Shown here piece after piece: positions 18,352-29,850 of a stretch of DNA of 64,000 nucleotides; position 1 is the first letter of the stretch; the number at the start of each line of letters is the position of its first letter. The stretch lies in assembly GCA_965225795.1 (NCBI GenBank), contig OZ245324.1, positions 568,944-632,943 on the forward strand. The letters are read 5' to 3'. This DNA is from Dehalococcoidia bacterium. Its GTDB lineage: Bacteria > Chloroflexota > Dehalococcoidia > Lucifugimonadales > JADFKI01. Below the pieces are notes generated by a model. It ran no database searches. It was not told the origin of the DNA and worked only from the letters and a program-made list of their open reading frames with translations. A program made the position numbers and the translations under genes.

Positions 18352-20721
18352 ATGAAGCGCCTGAACTACATACATCTCGCCGCTTTCGTTGTTGTGGCAA
18401 CGTACTTCATTGCGGCGTGTTCGAATGATGCGCCTACGCCCGAGGTTCTCCCATCTCCTAGTAGCTCCGTTGCAGGTGAAAAATCTCTAATTCACACTCC
18501 GACTCCCTTAATTGGGGAACAATATGCAGCGGCCGATGTGACTCCATCAGAGCAATCTGATTGCAGTGTGGGATTAGTACTCAGGCTGCATGAGAGTTGC
18601 ACATATCCCGGCACTTCCGACGAGTTCTGGATCGACGCTTCTGGGTTCGGGCATTTTCTTTTCCTTACGGCAAGTGCATCAATCAATGCGCAGAACGCGA
18701 ATATCAACAATCATCCGTATGACTTCGCCGCAAGAAAGCAAAACGACGGCACCTGGATAATTGAAGTGGCGAGTGTCCCATCCGACTCTGTGAAAGTGTC
18801 GGACATTATCGTCGCTGTCCAGAATGCGCCGACACCAGTGGATACGCCTTCCGAAGCTAAATCCCAAATAACTTTGGCAACTCCGGAGCCGGCCGTCATT
18901 TTAGCCACACCCGCCCCAACGCAGGCGCCCTTAGTTCTTATGCGGCCAAAACCGCCTATAAATGCGTCTGTTGTTACTCCCATCGCAACTCCAGAGGCCA
19001 CACATTCGTCTCCTACTTCTGTTCCCACGGTTGTTCCCACAGCCATGCAGGCAATTGTGCCTTCGCCAACGCCAACGGTCAGAAGTACCATTGCAGCCCG
19101 TCCTCCAATTGTCTCAACATCAGTTTCTACACCATTGTCTGTTATGGCGATACCGGGTATGAACAATCCACCTCGAGTCGCAATTGGCGTTGGGGATCAA
19201 ATCGTTCCGGTGCGTGAAACCCTTGTGATGGATGTTTCAAGTGCCTTCACGGATCCAGATGGTGAAAAAGTCGAACGGTATAGTGTCATCCTCAGCAACA
19301 CTACAGTTGCTCACGGAAGAGTTAATTCGGTTACAGGAGAACTGGAGCTCACGGGTCAAAAGGTAGGTTCGTCTTGGGTTACACTCAGGGCTTGCGACGC
19401 CTTAACCTGTACTAGATTGGGTGACTTAATCTTCACCCTGACTGTCGCTCCGCCGCCAAACCGTCCGCCTCAGGCGGTAAGGATCATCGGAGAACGGTCA
19501 GTGAGCGTAGGCGAAACGATTTCCGTTGCTGTTTCTCCTGCATTCTGGGATTTAGAGGACGATCACATTGTCAGCTACGATTTCAGCCTTGATGACCCAG
19601 CATTGGCGACTGGAACTGTGGACGTATCGAGAGGTAGCATTTTATTTCAGGGTACACAGGTCGGCACGACTTCAGTGTCAGTTAGTGCATGTGATAGTGA
19701 AGGATGCAGTGGCAATGATCTGGGTCTGCAATTCGCACTCACTGTCTTGCCGCCGCCTAACCGTCCACCTGAAGTCATTGGCGATATTCCTGACCAAGCA
19801 ATTCATAAAGGTGAGACTATCGCTCTGGATATTTCTTCCTTGTTCAGCGACCCTGATGGAGACCTAATTCAAGATTACGGGTTTTTGCAAACAGATAGGA
19901 GCGTGGCCGCCGGCGCTATCGAGTCAACGACCGGCAGAATGACGCTTAGGGGCGCAAAAGAGGGTACAACTCTTGTTGGCGTAAACGCGAGCGACGGCAG
20001 ACTTACCAGCATGGGCACGAATGTCACATTCCGAGTGACTGTTACCGAACCGCCAAGAAATCCCCCTCAAGTGGTAAGTGCGATTTCCGACCAAATTGTG
20101 GACCTTGACGACTCACTCGATGTGTTTGTCGCGGACGCATTCAATTCACCAAGCCCATATCGCATAATACGATACGATTTTCTCCTAAGAGATCCAGAAG
20201 TGGGAGCTGAAAGCGAAATTTCCAGGGATGGAATACTGACGCTGTCTGGCTCTGAGGAGGGCAAGAGTTGGGTTTCTGTGAGGGCCTGTAGTTACCTGGG
20301 CTGCAGTAACTTTGCCGACCTATCCTTTGTTCTAATTGTCACCGACTCAGACAAAGAGCCTAATCACATTCCTGAGGTTGTGGGTGCGCTTCTCGACCGC
20401 AGCGTGAGCGTCGGGCAAACGGTCACAATGGATGTGTCCAAGGCGTTTGATGACCCGGATGACGAACCAATAGTGGATTACAAATATAAACTTAGCAATC
20501 CTTACATGGCGATTGGAAGCAGCATCACTGATACAGGCATATTAACATTGCGAGGCACGAACATGGGTACGACTACAGTTTCCATAAGTGCCTGCGACGA
20601 TGAAAATGAGTGTAGTGACCCAGACGATATGAACTTCACCTTGACAGTCGAAGCTGCCCTGAGCCGGAATCAAGGGACTGCAGAAAGTGAGACGAACCCA
20701 AGGCCGCTGGCCGTCAACTGA
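18352..20721 (+). CDS. Large secreted lipoprotein with five ~100-aa cadherin-like/Ig-like repeats.
   Basis: It has a lipobox (FIAAC) and a P/T/S-rich linker. Five repeats are each bounded by PPPNRPP-type linkers and contain F.DPDGD..Y and AC....C motifs. The start was moved to ATG 18352. Confidence 0.75.
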   Translation: MKRLNYIHLAAFVVVATYFIAACSNDAPTPEVLPSPSSSVAGEKSLIHTPTPLIGEQYAAADVTPSEQSDCSVGLVLRLHESCTYPGTSDEFWIDASGFGHFLFLTASASINAQNANINNHPYDFAARKQNDGTWIIEVASVPSDSVKVSDIIVAVQNAPTPVDTPSEAKSQITLATPEPAVILATPAPTQAPLVLMRPKPPINASVVTPIATPEATHSSPTSVPTVVPTAMQAIVPSPTPTVRSTIAARPPIVSTSVSTPLSVMAIPGMNNPPRVAIGVGDQIVPVRETLVMDVSSAFTDPDGEKVERYSVILSNTTVAHGRVNSVTGELELTGQKVGSSWVTLRACDALTCTRLGDLIFTLTVAPPPNRPPQAVRIIGERSVSVGETISVAVSPAFWDLEDDHIVSYDFSLDDPALATGTVDVSRGSILFQGTQVGTTSVSVSACDSEGCSGNDLGLQFALTVLPPPNRPPEVIGDIPDQAIHKGETIALDISSLFSDPDGDLIQDYGFLQTDRSVAAGAIESTTGRMTLRGAKEGTTLVGVNASDGRLTSMGTNVTFRVTVTEPPRNPPQVVSAISDQIVDLDDSLDVFVADAFNSPSPYRIIRYDFLLRDPEVGAESEISRDGILTLSGSEEGKSWVSVRACSYLGCSNFADLSFVLIVTDSDKEPNHIPEVVGALLDRSVSVGQTVTMDVSKAFDDPDDEPIVDYKYKLSNPYMAIGSSITDTGILTLRGTNMGTTTVSISACDDENECSDPDDMNFTLTVEAALSRNQGTAESETNPRPLAVN

Positions 20722-20758
20722 AGTGCTCTGCCTGTCTTATCCGGGTCCCGCGCAATCA

Positions 20759-23700
20759 TTACAGAATGTTTGACGAAAGCCAACGCTCTACATCTTTGGT
20801 TGGCATATTCTTTCTCCGTGCGTAGTCCTCCACTTGATCGCGGCCTATACGTCCTACACCGAAATAGAGAGAGCCCGGATGTGCGAAATACAGACCCGCG
20901 GTGGATGCGGTGGGCCATATTGCGAAGTTCTCTGTGAGCTTCACGCCAATTGTGCGCTCGGCATCCAGTAGGCCCCAGAGCGTTGCGTTCTCTGTGTGGT
21001 CGGGGCATGCGGGATAGCCGAAAGCGGGGCGTATTCCCTGGTACTCCTCTTTCAGAAGGCGCTCGCTATTCAGATCCTCGTCAGGGGCATATGCCCAGAA
21101 CTCCTTGCGAACCCGTTCGTGCAGGCGTTCACTAAATGCCTCTGCTAGCCGATCAGCAAGGGCCCTTGACAGTATCGCGTTATAGTCGTCATTCTCGGAT
21201 TCAAGCGCAGTGGCATACGCGTCACCTCCTATGCCAGCCGTTACGACAAAAGCTCCGATGTAGTCGGCAACTCCCGATTCCTTGGTTGCTATGAAGTCTG
21301 CAAGGCAAAAGTCCTGCTGAGGGAGATTCGCGCGCTGACGTGACTTGTCCCATTGCTGACGAAGGAAATGCAAGGTCGCCTTTACCTGATTACGGCTGTC
21401 ATCAGTGTATATCTCCACATCATCGCCAACCGAGTTTGCCGGGAAAAAGCCGATGGTTGCCTTTGCCGTAAGTGCCTTCTCGTCGATCATCTTGCGGAGC
21501 AGGTGCTGCGCGTCACTGAACAGTCGCTTTGCCTCTTCGCCATAAGTCGGGCTGTTGAGAATGGCCGGAAATGCGCCACGAAGTTCCCATGCACCAAAGA
21601 ATGGCGTCCAACTGATGTATTCGACGAGTTCATCTAACGGGTAGTCGTCAAACACCTTTACATCGATGAATGACGGAGATTGACCGACAGCCGAAGCCCA
21701 ATCGAAGTTCATTCGGCGTAGTCGTGCCTCATTGAGAGGGAGCAGTTGCGACTGCGCATTGCGTGAAGCTCGGTCTGCACGAATCCTGTCATAGCGGTCG
21801 TGAGTTTGCGCGATAAGCTGGCGGCGCGTATGCTCATCCACCAACTCATTCATTGTTGTGACTGATCGAGATGCGTCCCGTACATGTATTACGCCGTGCG
21901 GGTATTCGGGGGCAATCCTCACAGCGGTGTGCGCCGCGGATGTTGCTGCGCCGCCGATGAGGAGTGGAATGTCAAAGCCTTGTCTATTCATCTCACGCGC
22001 CACGGTCGTCATCTCGTCGAGAGAAGGTGTTATCAGACCACTCAGGCCGATGACATCCGCATTCACATCTCGCGCGGCGTTCAGAATGTTCTGAAAGGGA
22101 GTCATCACGCCTAGGTCTATCACCTCGTAATTGTTGCAGCCCAGTACAACACCCACTATATTCTTGCCAATGTCATGGACGTCGCCCTTGACCGTCGCTA
22201 TAACAAGTTTGCCGTTTGAGCGCTGCGTGTCCCCCTCCTGGTGCTCGGCATCGATGTGGGGAACCAACACAGCCACAGCCTTTTTCATCACCCGCGCGCT
22301 CTTGACGACCTGCGGCAAGAACATGCGGCCAGAGCCGAACAGGTCTCCAACGGTGTTCATCCCATCCATCAGGGGGCCTTCAATGACGTGAAGAGCGCGT
22401 TCCGATTGCAGGCGAGCCTCTTCCGCATCGGCTTCGATATAGGAATCTATTCCGTTCACCAAAGCATGGCGAATGCGCTCACCGACTGATAACGCTCTCC
22501 ATGCTTCCTCGCTTTGCTCGGAGTTCTTAGACGAATCTATGCTGCTTCTGTCACTTACGTCCCTTGCAAGTTCCAGCAACCGCTCCGTCGCATCATCACG
22601 CCTGTCGAGAATTAAATCCTCTGAGGCACGTCGCAAACCTGGAGAAATCTCCTCGTAGACTTCCAGTTGACCTGCGTTGACTATGCCCATGTCCATGCCG
22701 GCTTGCACCGCGTGGTAGAGAAATACCGAATGCAGCGCCTCCCTTACTGGATCGTTTCCCCTGAATGAGAAAGACACATTGCTGACGCCGCCACTTACAT
22801 GACACTGCGGGAAGCGGAGCTTCAACTCTCTTGCGGTTTCAATGAATGCGACAGCATATCGATTGTGTTCTTCAATGCCAGTTCCCACCGCGAAGATGTT
22901 CGGGTCGAAAATGATGTCCCGTGGGGGGAATCCAACTTTCTGCGTCAGAATGTCATAAGAGCGAGAGCAGATGGCGACTTTACGCGCAACTGTATCCGCC
23001 TGCCCCTGCTCGTCAAACGCCATGGCTACGACAGCAGCGCCGTATCTCCTCACTATCTGTGCTTGTCTGACGAATTCCTCTTCACCTTCCTTGAGCGAAA
23101 TCGAGTTGACAATTCCCTTCCCTTGAATGCACTTAAGTCCTGCCTCGATGACGCTAAAATTGGAACTGTCCACCATAATAGGGACGCGCGATATGTCCGG
23201 TTCGGACGCCAGGAGTTTCAAGTAGCGGTCCATAGCAGCTTCTGAGTCAAGAAGACCCTCGTCCATATTGATGTCCAGAATCTGCGCGCCGTCTTCCACC
23301 TGCTGCCTGGCGACTGTGACCGCCTCTTCGTAATTTCCTCTTCGTATAAGCCTCCTAAAGCGCGCAGACCCGGTTATGTTCGCCCGCTCTCCAATGTTAA
23401 TAAAATTCGATTCTGGTCTTATCTCTAGTAACTCAAGGCCACTCAGTATTGTGTTTGCAGCTGCTGAGTGCGGCTTGCGAGGTGTGACACCATCGAGAGC
23501 CTCCGCAATCGCTCGAGTGTGTTCGGGAGTTGAGCCGCAGCAGCTTCCCACGATGTTGGCGAGTCCGCTTTCAGCGAACTCAAGCAGATTGGCGGCCATG
23601 TAGGCAGTTGATTCGTCATATTCGCCAAACTCGTTTGGAAGTCCTGCGTTCGGATGACACGACACAAAGTGAGATGACACATCAGCGAGTTCCGTAAGGA

Positions 23701-24499
23701 ATGGTCGAATCTGTTCACTGCCCAGCGAGCAGTTAATTCCCACACTTAGCAGAGGGATGTGTGACACCGAAGCGTAAAATGCCTCCACGGTTTGTCCTGA
23801 TAAATTACGCCCGCTCATGTCAACTGCTGTGAAGGAGGCCATTACCGGCACGCGCGCGCCAATGTCATCGAACACTCTGTCTATGGCAAATAGCGCGGCT
23901 TTGGCGTTAAGCGTGTCGAAAACCGTCTCCACCAAGAGGATGTCGACTCCACCATCGAGCAAGCCTCTCACAGCTTCCGAATACGCCTCGACAATTTCGT
24001 CAAAACTGATATCGCGGTATCCTGGGTCATCCACAGCAGGAGACAGAGAGAGGGTCTTATTGGTTGGGCCGATACTGCCTGCCACGAACCGAGGTTTCTC
24101 CTGGTTGCGCAGTGTGTATTCGTCAGCGATTACTCGGGCGAGTCGAGCGCCTTCACGATTTATGTCGTGGACAGAGTTTTCAAGGCCGAATTCCGATAGC
24201 CCGAAGCGTGTTGCCGTGAATGTGTTAGTTGTGAGGATGTCCGCTCCAGCGTCTAAGTATTGTCGCTGGATGTTGCGAATGAGATCGGGCTGCGTAAGCG
24301 AAAGCACATCAGCACAGCCTCTGAGGTCGCTCTCGTGAGCGGCGAAACGCTCACCTCTGAACTCGCTTTCAGGCAGTTGTAGCGTCTGAATCATTACGCC
24401 CCATGCGCCGTCCAAGACCATCACTCGGCGCTTGAGAATGCGCTCGATCTCGGCGGTGCGATCAATAATGGGGGGTGCATGGGAGGTAGAGTTGGTCAT
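20759..24499 (-). CDS. metH: Cobalamin-dependent methionine synthase, full length.
   Basis: 1246 aa with Hcy-binding, pterin-binding, B12-binding ([11 protein letters not shown]) and AdoMet-activation modules, all recognisable. Confidence 0.95.
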   Translation of the reverse strand: MTNSTSHAPPIIDRTAEIERILKRRVMVLDGAWGVMIQTLQLPESEFRGERFAAHESDLRGCADVLSLTQPDLIRNIQRQYLDAGADILTTNTFTATRFGLSEFGLENSVHDINREGARLARVIADEYTLRNQEKPRFVAGSIGPTNKTLSLSPAVDDPGYRDISFDEIVEAYSEAVRGLLDGGVDILLVETVFDTLNAKAALFAIDRVFDDIGARVPVMASFTAVDMSGRNLSGQTVEAFYASVSHIPLLSVGINCSLGSEQIRPFLTELADVSSHFVSCHPNAGLPNEFGEYDESTAYMAANLLEFAESGLANIVGSCCGSTPEHTRAIAEALDGVTPRKPHSAAANTILSGLELLEIRPESNFINIGERANITGSARFRRLIRRGNYEEAVTVARQQVEDGAQILDINMDEGLLDSEAAMDRYLKLLASEPDISRVPIMVDSSNFSVIEAGLKCIQGKGIVNSISLKEGEEEFVRQAQIVRRYGAAVVAMAFDEQGQADTVARKVAICSRSYDILTQKVGFPPRDIIFDPNIFAVGTGIEEHNRYAVAFIETARELKLRFPQCHVSGGVSNVSFSFRGNDPVREALHSVFLYHAVQAGMDMGIVNAGQLEVYEEISPGLRRASEDLILDRRDDATERLLELARDVSDRSSIDSSKNSEQSEEAWRALSVGERIRHALVNGIDSYIEADAEEARLQSERALHVIEGPLMDGMNTVGDLFGSGRMFLPQVVKSARVMKKAVAVLVPHIDAEHQEGDTQRSNGKLVIATVKGDVHDIGKNIVGVVLGCNNYEVIDLGVMTPFQNILNAARDVNADVIGLSGLITPSLDEMTTVAREMNRQGFDIPLLIGGAATSAAHTAVRIAPEYPHGVIHVRDASRSVTTMNELVDEHTRRQLIAQTHDRYDRIRADRASRNAQSQLLPLNEARLRRMNFDWASAVGQSPSFIDVKVFDDYPLDELVEYISWTPFFGAWELRGAFPAILNSPTYGEEAKRLFSDAQHLLRKMIDEKALTAKATIGFFPANSVGDDVEIYTDDSRNQVKATLHFLRQQWDKSRQRANLPQQDFCLADFIATKESGVADYIGAFVVTAGIGGDAYATALESENDDYNAILSRALADRLAEAFSERLHERVRKEFWAYAPDEDLNSERLLKEEYQGIRPAFGYPACPDHTENATLWGLLDAERTIGVKLTENFAIWPTASTAGLYFAHPGSLYFGVGRIGRDQVEDYARRKNMPTKDVERWLSSNIL

Positions 24500-24622
24500 A
24501 CGTGTATCCGTTTCAATCTGTCAATTGTCATAGCGCAGTTGAAAATACAGCGTTTCCTCTCTGTTGAAGAAGGAAACGCTGTTGATTCAAGAGGGCAGCT
24601 TAAAATTGGTAATTGAATGTAT

Positions 24623-25465
24623 CTAAATGATGAGAGGCGTGCCCTCGCGGTTCGCCCACTCGCCCATGGAACCGTCGTAGTTTCGCGCGCGGTCATAGCC
24701 AAGAAGCTTAAGTACGAAAACTCCGTGCGCCGCACGGATGCCACCCTGTCAATAAGTTATGATTTCCTTATCCGGCGTCGCTCCCACTTCTTCGAGCATC
24801 GCCCTAAGTTCATCAGCCGGCTTGATGGTCTGATGGCTGTCGTCGGTGATGAAATTCAGCCATTCGAGGTGTACCGCTCCCGGTATGCGTCCCGCCCGCG
24901 CGTTGCCTCGAGAATTGCTGCCGTCCCATTCGCCATCGGAGCGCACATCTAGGAACACGACGTCATCATTACCCACGTTGGCGACGCCGTGGTCAAGAGT
25001 ACATACCAGGTCAGGGTTCGGCTGAGGTGTAAATGTAACTTCTGAAGTGGTCGTCGTACTAATGGAAGTGGGGCGTCCTTCGTCGTACCATTTCTTCCAA
25101 CCGCCGTTGAGCACCTTGACATTGGTATGACCATGGTAGTTCAGCACCCACCAGAGGCGCGTTGACCACAGTGCGCCGTTGCTGTCATACGCTACGACTA
25201 GGTGGTCGTCGCCAATGCCCATTCGCTCCATCACTTCCTTCATAGTGTCGGGTGGAGCGACTAATGGATAGCCACGAGGATCGTCATCATAACCCGGCTC
25301 TTTGATGTAGTGATGAACCGGTATGCCGACGGCATTCCTGATATGCGCACGTCCGTAGGCGTCATACGGGTCACAATCAACTATTCGAATCGTCGGGTCG
25401 TCAAGCCTGGCTTCGAGCCAGTCTGCTGCGACCAGAATATCCGGATTTGCGTATCCCTGATTCAT
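24623..25465 (-). CDS. Two-domain rhodanese (thiosulfate/3-mercaptopyruvate sulfurtransferase-like) with selenocysteine at the catalytic position; in-frame TGA at 24749-24751.
   Basis: Track ORF 24749-25465 stops at TGA. The same frame continues as QGGIRAAHGVFVLKLLGYDRARNYDGSMGEWANREGTPLII to TAG 24623-24625. This completes the active-site loop (U-Q-G-G-I-R) and the canonical rhodanese C-terminus. Confidence 0.75.
24722..24738 (-). promoter_or_regulatory. Candidate bacterial SECIS hairpin for the rhodanese gene.
   Basis: The mRNA UCCGUGC-GGC-GCACGGA starts 11 nt after the UGA. Confidence 0.4.
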
Positions 25466-25549
25466 TGCTTCCTTCCCCTTGCAATTGAAATGGTTGGCTT
25501 TGTATCCATAGTCTCACCCTACACCAGACTTGCACTACGGGCAAGAGCA

Positions 25550-26845
25550 TCAGTCTTCAGGATAGCGGTATTCCCGGATACCACGCACCATCATCCACAC
25601 TATCAGAACTACGACTATTCCGACTGCGCCTCCTAGGATTAGTGTGTTGTTCGCTCCGATGGCTTCTGACATAAAACCCACTTCAAAGGTGCCTAGATTG
25701 TTGGCGGTCATTGCGGAAACCGATGAGAAACTAACGGCTCGTCCACGCATGTTGTCTGAAGTTGTTAGTTGCACGGTGGTTTGACGGATGGCCATACCAA
25801 CCGCGTCCGAGGCGCCCAGCCCGGCAAGTATGATGGCGCCAAGCCACAGCGCTGTAGTGAAGCCGAAGGCAATCAACAGCATCGCGTAAATGAGAGTGGC
25901 GTAAACTACCATCATCCCTTTGGCGCGGAATTTAGTGAGGAACAGCACTGAAAACGTGCCCATTATACCGCCTGCCGAATTTGCCGCGTTCAATATCCCC
26001 ACAGTGGCGGCGCCACCTCTGAAAAGCTTGTCAGCAAACAGAGGAAGTATTTGACGGTAGTGGCTAACAATAGTAACCCCAAGATCCATCGCATATAGAC
26101 CCGGCAGTATCGGATGGGTCCTCACGTACAGGAATCCGTCCCACATCCGACTTAACATCGAGCCACCCTGCTGCCTATCCGCCGGCACACCGGATACGCC
26201 GATAAGCAAAGGTAACCATACACTTGGCAGTGCTACCAAGGTCGTTATCCCGAAAATGTATACATACTCACCTTGGAACGCTTTGATCGCCAAGGCAAAT
26301 GCCAGGGGAGCGGCAACCGCGCCGACCTGAAAGGTGGCAGTGTTGAGGGCGACGGCGTGCATAAGATGTGATCGCGGAACCACATTAGCGGTAAGAGCGG
26401 AGCGCGAAGGGCTGCCTAGCGTGCTCGCCACGCTCAGGATCGCAGTTACTCCATAGATGTGCCAAGGACGAAGGCTGTCTGTTGCAGCGAGCACCGTCAT
26501 TGCACCGAGGAGCGCAAAACTGACCAGCTGAGTATATCCCATCAACTTTTTGCGGTCGATCTGGTCGGCGAGCGCGCCGCCATACAGAATTGCCGGTAGT
26601 TGCATGACGAGTTGCACGACGCCAAGCAGTCCCAGTTGCACGCCGGAGCCTGTGATTTCATAGAGCCAGACGCCGCTCACAAGCATTCGCATCTGCATGG
26701 TGACCATCTGGGCGACGCCAGAAAACCAGAGTATGCGATAGTCGCGGAAGGCTAGAGCCGACCACGGTCTCAGGCTGCGGCTGTTAGCGGACGGCTCGCC
26801 TCGGCTAGATGGGTCTGTTTGACTCCCGCGCCTGCCTAATGCCAA
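25550..26845 (-). CDS. MFS transporter.
   Basis: 431 aa, polytopic. RDYRILWFSG and GGALADQIDRKK motifs resemble those of the MFS at 3096-4409. Confidence 0.8.
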   Translation of the reverse strand: MALGRRGSQTDPSSRGEPSANSRSLRPWSALAFRDYRILWFSGVAQMVTMQMRMLVSGVWLYEITGSGVQLGLLGVVQLVMQLPAILYGGALADQIDRKKLMGYTQLVSFALLGAMTVLAATDSLRPWHIYGVTAILSVASTLGSPSRSALTANVVPRSHLMHAVALNTATFQVGAVAAPLAFALAIKAFQGEYVYIFGITTLVALPSVWLPLLIGVSGVPADRQQGGSMLSRMWDGFLYVRTHPILPGLYAMDLGVTIVSHYRQILPLFADKLFRGGAATVGILNAANSAGGIMGTFSVLFLTKFRAKGMMVVYATLIYAMLLIAFGFTTALWLGAIILAGLGASDAVGMAIRQTTVQLTTSDNMRGRAVSFSSVSAMTANNLGTFEVGFMSEAIGANNTLILGGAVGIVVVLIVWMMVRGIREYRYPED

Positions 26846-27078
26846 CGGTCACTCATGGTAATGGGGTTAATTTGTCTGCTCATTGCGACAAAATTATACT
26901 TTCTCACGCTCAATACTGCAAAAGATTTCAGTAAACAGGGAACATTATCCCATACCTTCCCATGAGCCGTTAACGAGAACTTAATTTGCCACTACACTCC
27001 CGGCTGCATAGAATGAATATATTCCCTCTACCAGTTACCAGATTCAAAATTGGCAGTCCATTATGAGAGGTGCTTCAT

Positions 27079-29817
27079 ATGACCAACTCACTCCAACGGT
27101 TGCAGGCACTTGGGCAGTCCGTGTGGTTCGATAACATTCGCAGAGGCTTTATCAGGTCGGGTGAACTGCAGCGTTTGGTAGATTTGGGAGTGAGTGGTCT
27201 GACTTCCAACCCATCCATATTCGAAAAGGCGATTACCGGGAGCAGCGACTACGACGAGGCACTACTTGACCTTGCGCTCGCTGGCAACAGTGCGACGGAA
27301 ATTTTCGAGAGTCTTGCCATCGAGGATATACGTGATGCAGCAGACCTTCTTCTTCCCGTGTACGAGCGTACCGCAGGTGCGGACGGATTTGCTTCCATAG
27401 AAGTCAGCCCGCACCTCGCCAACGACACCAAGGGCACTGTCGCCGAGGCACAGAGACTCTACGCAACTCTGCAGCGCCCGAATGTGATGATAAAGGTTCC
27501 TGCTACTCCTGCGGGAATACCAGCCATCCGGCAGCTCATCAGTGATGGCATCAACGTCAACGTTACTCTTATATTCTCGCTGGATGCCTATGCTGAGGTG
27601 CGTGAGGCGTATGTCAGCGGGCTGGAAGAACTGGAATTAGCAGGAGGAGATCCGTCTTGTGTGTCGTCGGTAGCGTCGTTTTTCGTGAGTCGTATAGATG
27701 CATCCGTTGAAGGCAAGTTGGACGAGCTTATTGCTTCTGGAAATAGCGAATTGAAAGGACTGATGGGCAAGGCCGCTATCGCCAATGCCAAAATGGCGTA
27801 CCGTGACTTTGTCCAAACCTTCAGCAACGACAGGTTCACGGCGTTGGAAACCGCAGGGGCACGTGTACAGCGCCCGCTGTGGGCGAGTACCAGCACGAAG
27901 AACCCAGAGTATAGCGATGTTTTGTATGTCGATGAACTAATTGGGCCAAACACTGTAAATACCCTACCGGATGTTACGCTCCACGCGTTCCTCGAGCACG
28001 GCAACCCGAGAAGAACAATCGACCGTGACCTTGATGAAGCTGAACGGACCATGCAGGCACTTGAGGATGCCGGCATAAGCATGTCGCAGGTAACCAGCAA
28101 GCTTCTCGAAGATGGCGTTAAGGCATTTGCAGACTCGTATGACGCACTCATTGCCAATATCGAGGACAAACGAGCCCGTCTCGTCGCGCGGCAGTCGGGA
28201 AATAGCACTCGGCTCGGCGATTACGAAGAATCGGTAACTGCAATTCTTGCGGATCTTGAAAGCAGGCAAGTGCCTCGACGGATTTGGGACCTTGACCATA
28301 CCGTCTGGAACGCTAATCCAGCTGAAATTACCGACAGACTTGGCTGGCTTACGGTAGCCCGTGATATGCGCCAGTATGTTGAGGAATTGCAGGCGTTTGC
28401 GGAGGAAGTCAAAAGCGATGGATTCCGGCATGTCGTGCTACTGGGGATGGGCGGCAGCAGCCTCGGCGCATTGGCGCTTGATAATCTCTTTGGAAGCGCT
28501 GACGGCTATCCCGACCTCACTGTGCTCGACACCACCGTGCCCGCCACGATCAGCGCCGTATCCGATTCATTGGACTGCGAAAAGACGCTCTTTATTGTGG
28601 CGTCCAAGTCCGGAACGACGATCGAGCCTAATGTTCTGTACAAGCGCTTCAGGGCACTTGTTGAGCGGGAGGTAGGGGGCGCAGATGCGGGCAATCATTT
28701 CGTTGCGATTTGCGACGCTGGCACATTACTTGAGCGGCTAGCCAGGGAAGACGGCTTTCGTCGAATCTTTACGAATCCGCCCAATTTAGGAGGGCGTTAT
28801 TCTGTGCAGTCGCTTTTCGGCTTGGTGCCTGCAGCTTTTCTTGGGATTGACATTGGCAAATTCCTGGATTCCGTGGAGACCATGAGCTCTGCCTGTGGAG
28901 CAACTGTTCCAGCGAACGATAACCCTGCTGCTCGGCTTGGTGCCTTGATAGCTTCGCTGTCGGAACAAGGGCGCGACAAACTGACAATCGTGACTACCGA
29001 ATCACTCCAGAATTTCGCTCTCTGGGTCGAGCAACTGCTCGCAGAGAGCACCGGTAAAGGGGGAAAGGGGATCATCCCAGTCGCAAACGAACCACATTGC
29101 AGCCCCAGTGACCTCGGTAGGGACAGGCTGTTCGTTTATGTGCGCCTAGACGAGGATGACACAGATGTAACCGATAGATACATCAAAAGTGTGGAGGATG
29201 AGGGTATACCGGTTGTCAGGTTTGATCTCATTGGCGGATACAACATTGGCGCTGAATTCTTCCGGTGGGAATTTGCTACCGCAGTCGCCGGAAGTTTAAT
29301 GGGCATTCATCCGTTCGACCAGCCGAATGTCCAGCAGGCCAAGGACAAGACTTCAGAGTTGCTTGCGGAGTACGAGAGTTCAGGACGATCACCTGCGCTC
29401 AACACCGTGAGTTCGTTTACGGAACTGATGTCACATGTCAAAGAGGGGGACTACTTAGCGATTACGGCCTTTGCTAAACCAACGGCGCAAGTGGAATCGG
29501 CTTTGGCCGATCTGCGGCAAAATGTCACGGGCAAGTGGGGTGTTGCCACAACTCTTGGCTATGGTCCGCGTTACTTGCACTCGACAGGTCAACTTCATAA
29601 AGGTGGAGCGGACTCTGGGCTGTTCTTACAACTTACGCAGATAGAAGATGCCGATGTTACAATACCGGGTGAGAGGTTCACTTTTGGAGTATTGGCAGCG
29701 GCACAGGCTAAAGGCGATCTGGACGCACTAGCCGCTAAAGGACGCAATGTTGCTCGTATTAATCTTGGCGCTGACGCGGTACAGACGGTAAAGACGTTAG
29801 CCAATAGCCTCAAATAA
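27079..29817 (+). CDS. Bifunctional transaldolase / glucose-6-phosphate isomerase.
   Basis: The N-terminal transaldolase part has SVWFDNIRR, LTSNPSIFEKA and MIKVPAT. The C-terminal PGI part has GMGGSSLG and SKSGTTIEP. ATG 27079 follows a GAGAGGTG RBS. Confidence 0.9.
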   Translation: MTNSLQRLQALGQSVWFDNIRRGFIRSGELQRLVDLGVSGLTSNPSIFEKAITGSSDYDEALLDLALAGNSATEIFESLAIEDIRDAADLLLPVYERTAGADGFASIEVSPHLANDTKGTVAEAQRLYATLQRPNVMIKVPATPAGIPAIRQLISDGINVNVTLIFSLDAYAEVREAYVSGLEELELAGGDPSCVSSVASFFVSRIDASVEGKLDELIASGNSELKGLMGKAAIANAKMAYRDFVQTFSNDRFTALETAGARVQRPLWASTSTKNPEYSDVLYVDELIGPNTVNTLPDVTLHAFLEHGNPRRTIDRDLDEAERTMQALEDAGISMSQVTSKLLEDGVKAFADSYDALIANIEDKRARLVARQSGNSTRLGDYEESVTAILADLESRQVPRRIWDLDHTVWNANPAEITDRLGWLTVARDMRQYVEELQAFAEEVKSDGFRHVVLLGMGGSSLGALALDNLFGSADGYPDLTVLDTTVPATISAVSDSLDCEKTLFIVASKSGTTIEPNVLYKRFRALVEREVGGADAGNHFVAICDAGTLLERLAREDGFRRIFTNPPNLGGRYSVQSLFGLVPAAFLGIDIGKFLDSVETMSSACGATVPANDNPAARLGALIASLSEQGRDKLTIVTTESLQNFALWVEQLLAESTGKGGKGIIPVANEPHCSPSDLGRDRLFVYVRLDEDDTDVTDRYIKSVEDEGIPVVRFDLIGGYNIGAEFFRWEFATAVAGSLMGIHPFDQPNVQQAKDKTSELLAEYESSGRSPALNTVSSFTELMSHVKEGDYLAITAFAKPTAQVESALADLRQNVTGKWGVATTLGYGPRYLHSTGQLHKGGADSGLFLQLTQIEDADVTIPGERFTFGVLAAAQAKGDLDALAAKGRNVARINLGADAVQTVKTLANSLK

Positions 29818-29850
29818 TAGCGGCGAATTTCATTGACTGGAGGCGACAAA

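Noticed and set aside
24496-24744. An 82-aa minus-strand ORF between the rhodanese gene and metH.
   Set aside because: It is out of frame with, and overlaps, the Sec-rhodanese C-terminal extension, which has a clear family signature. The ORF itself has no recognisable features.
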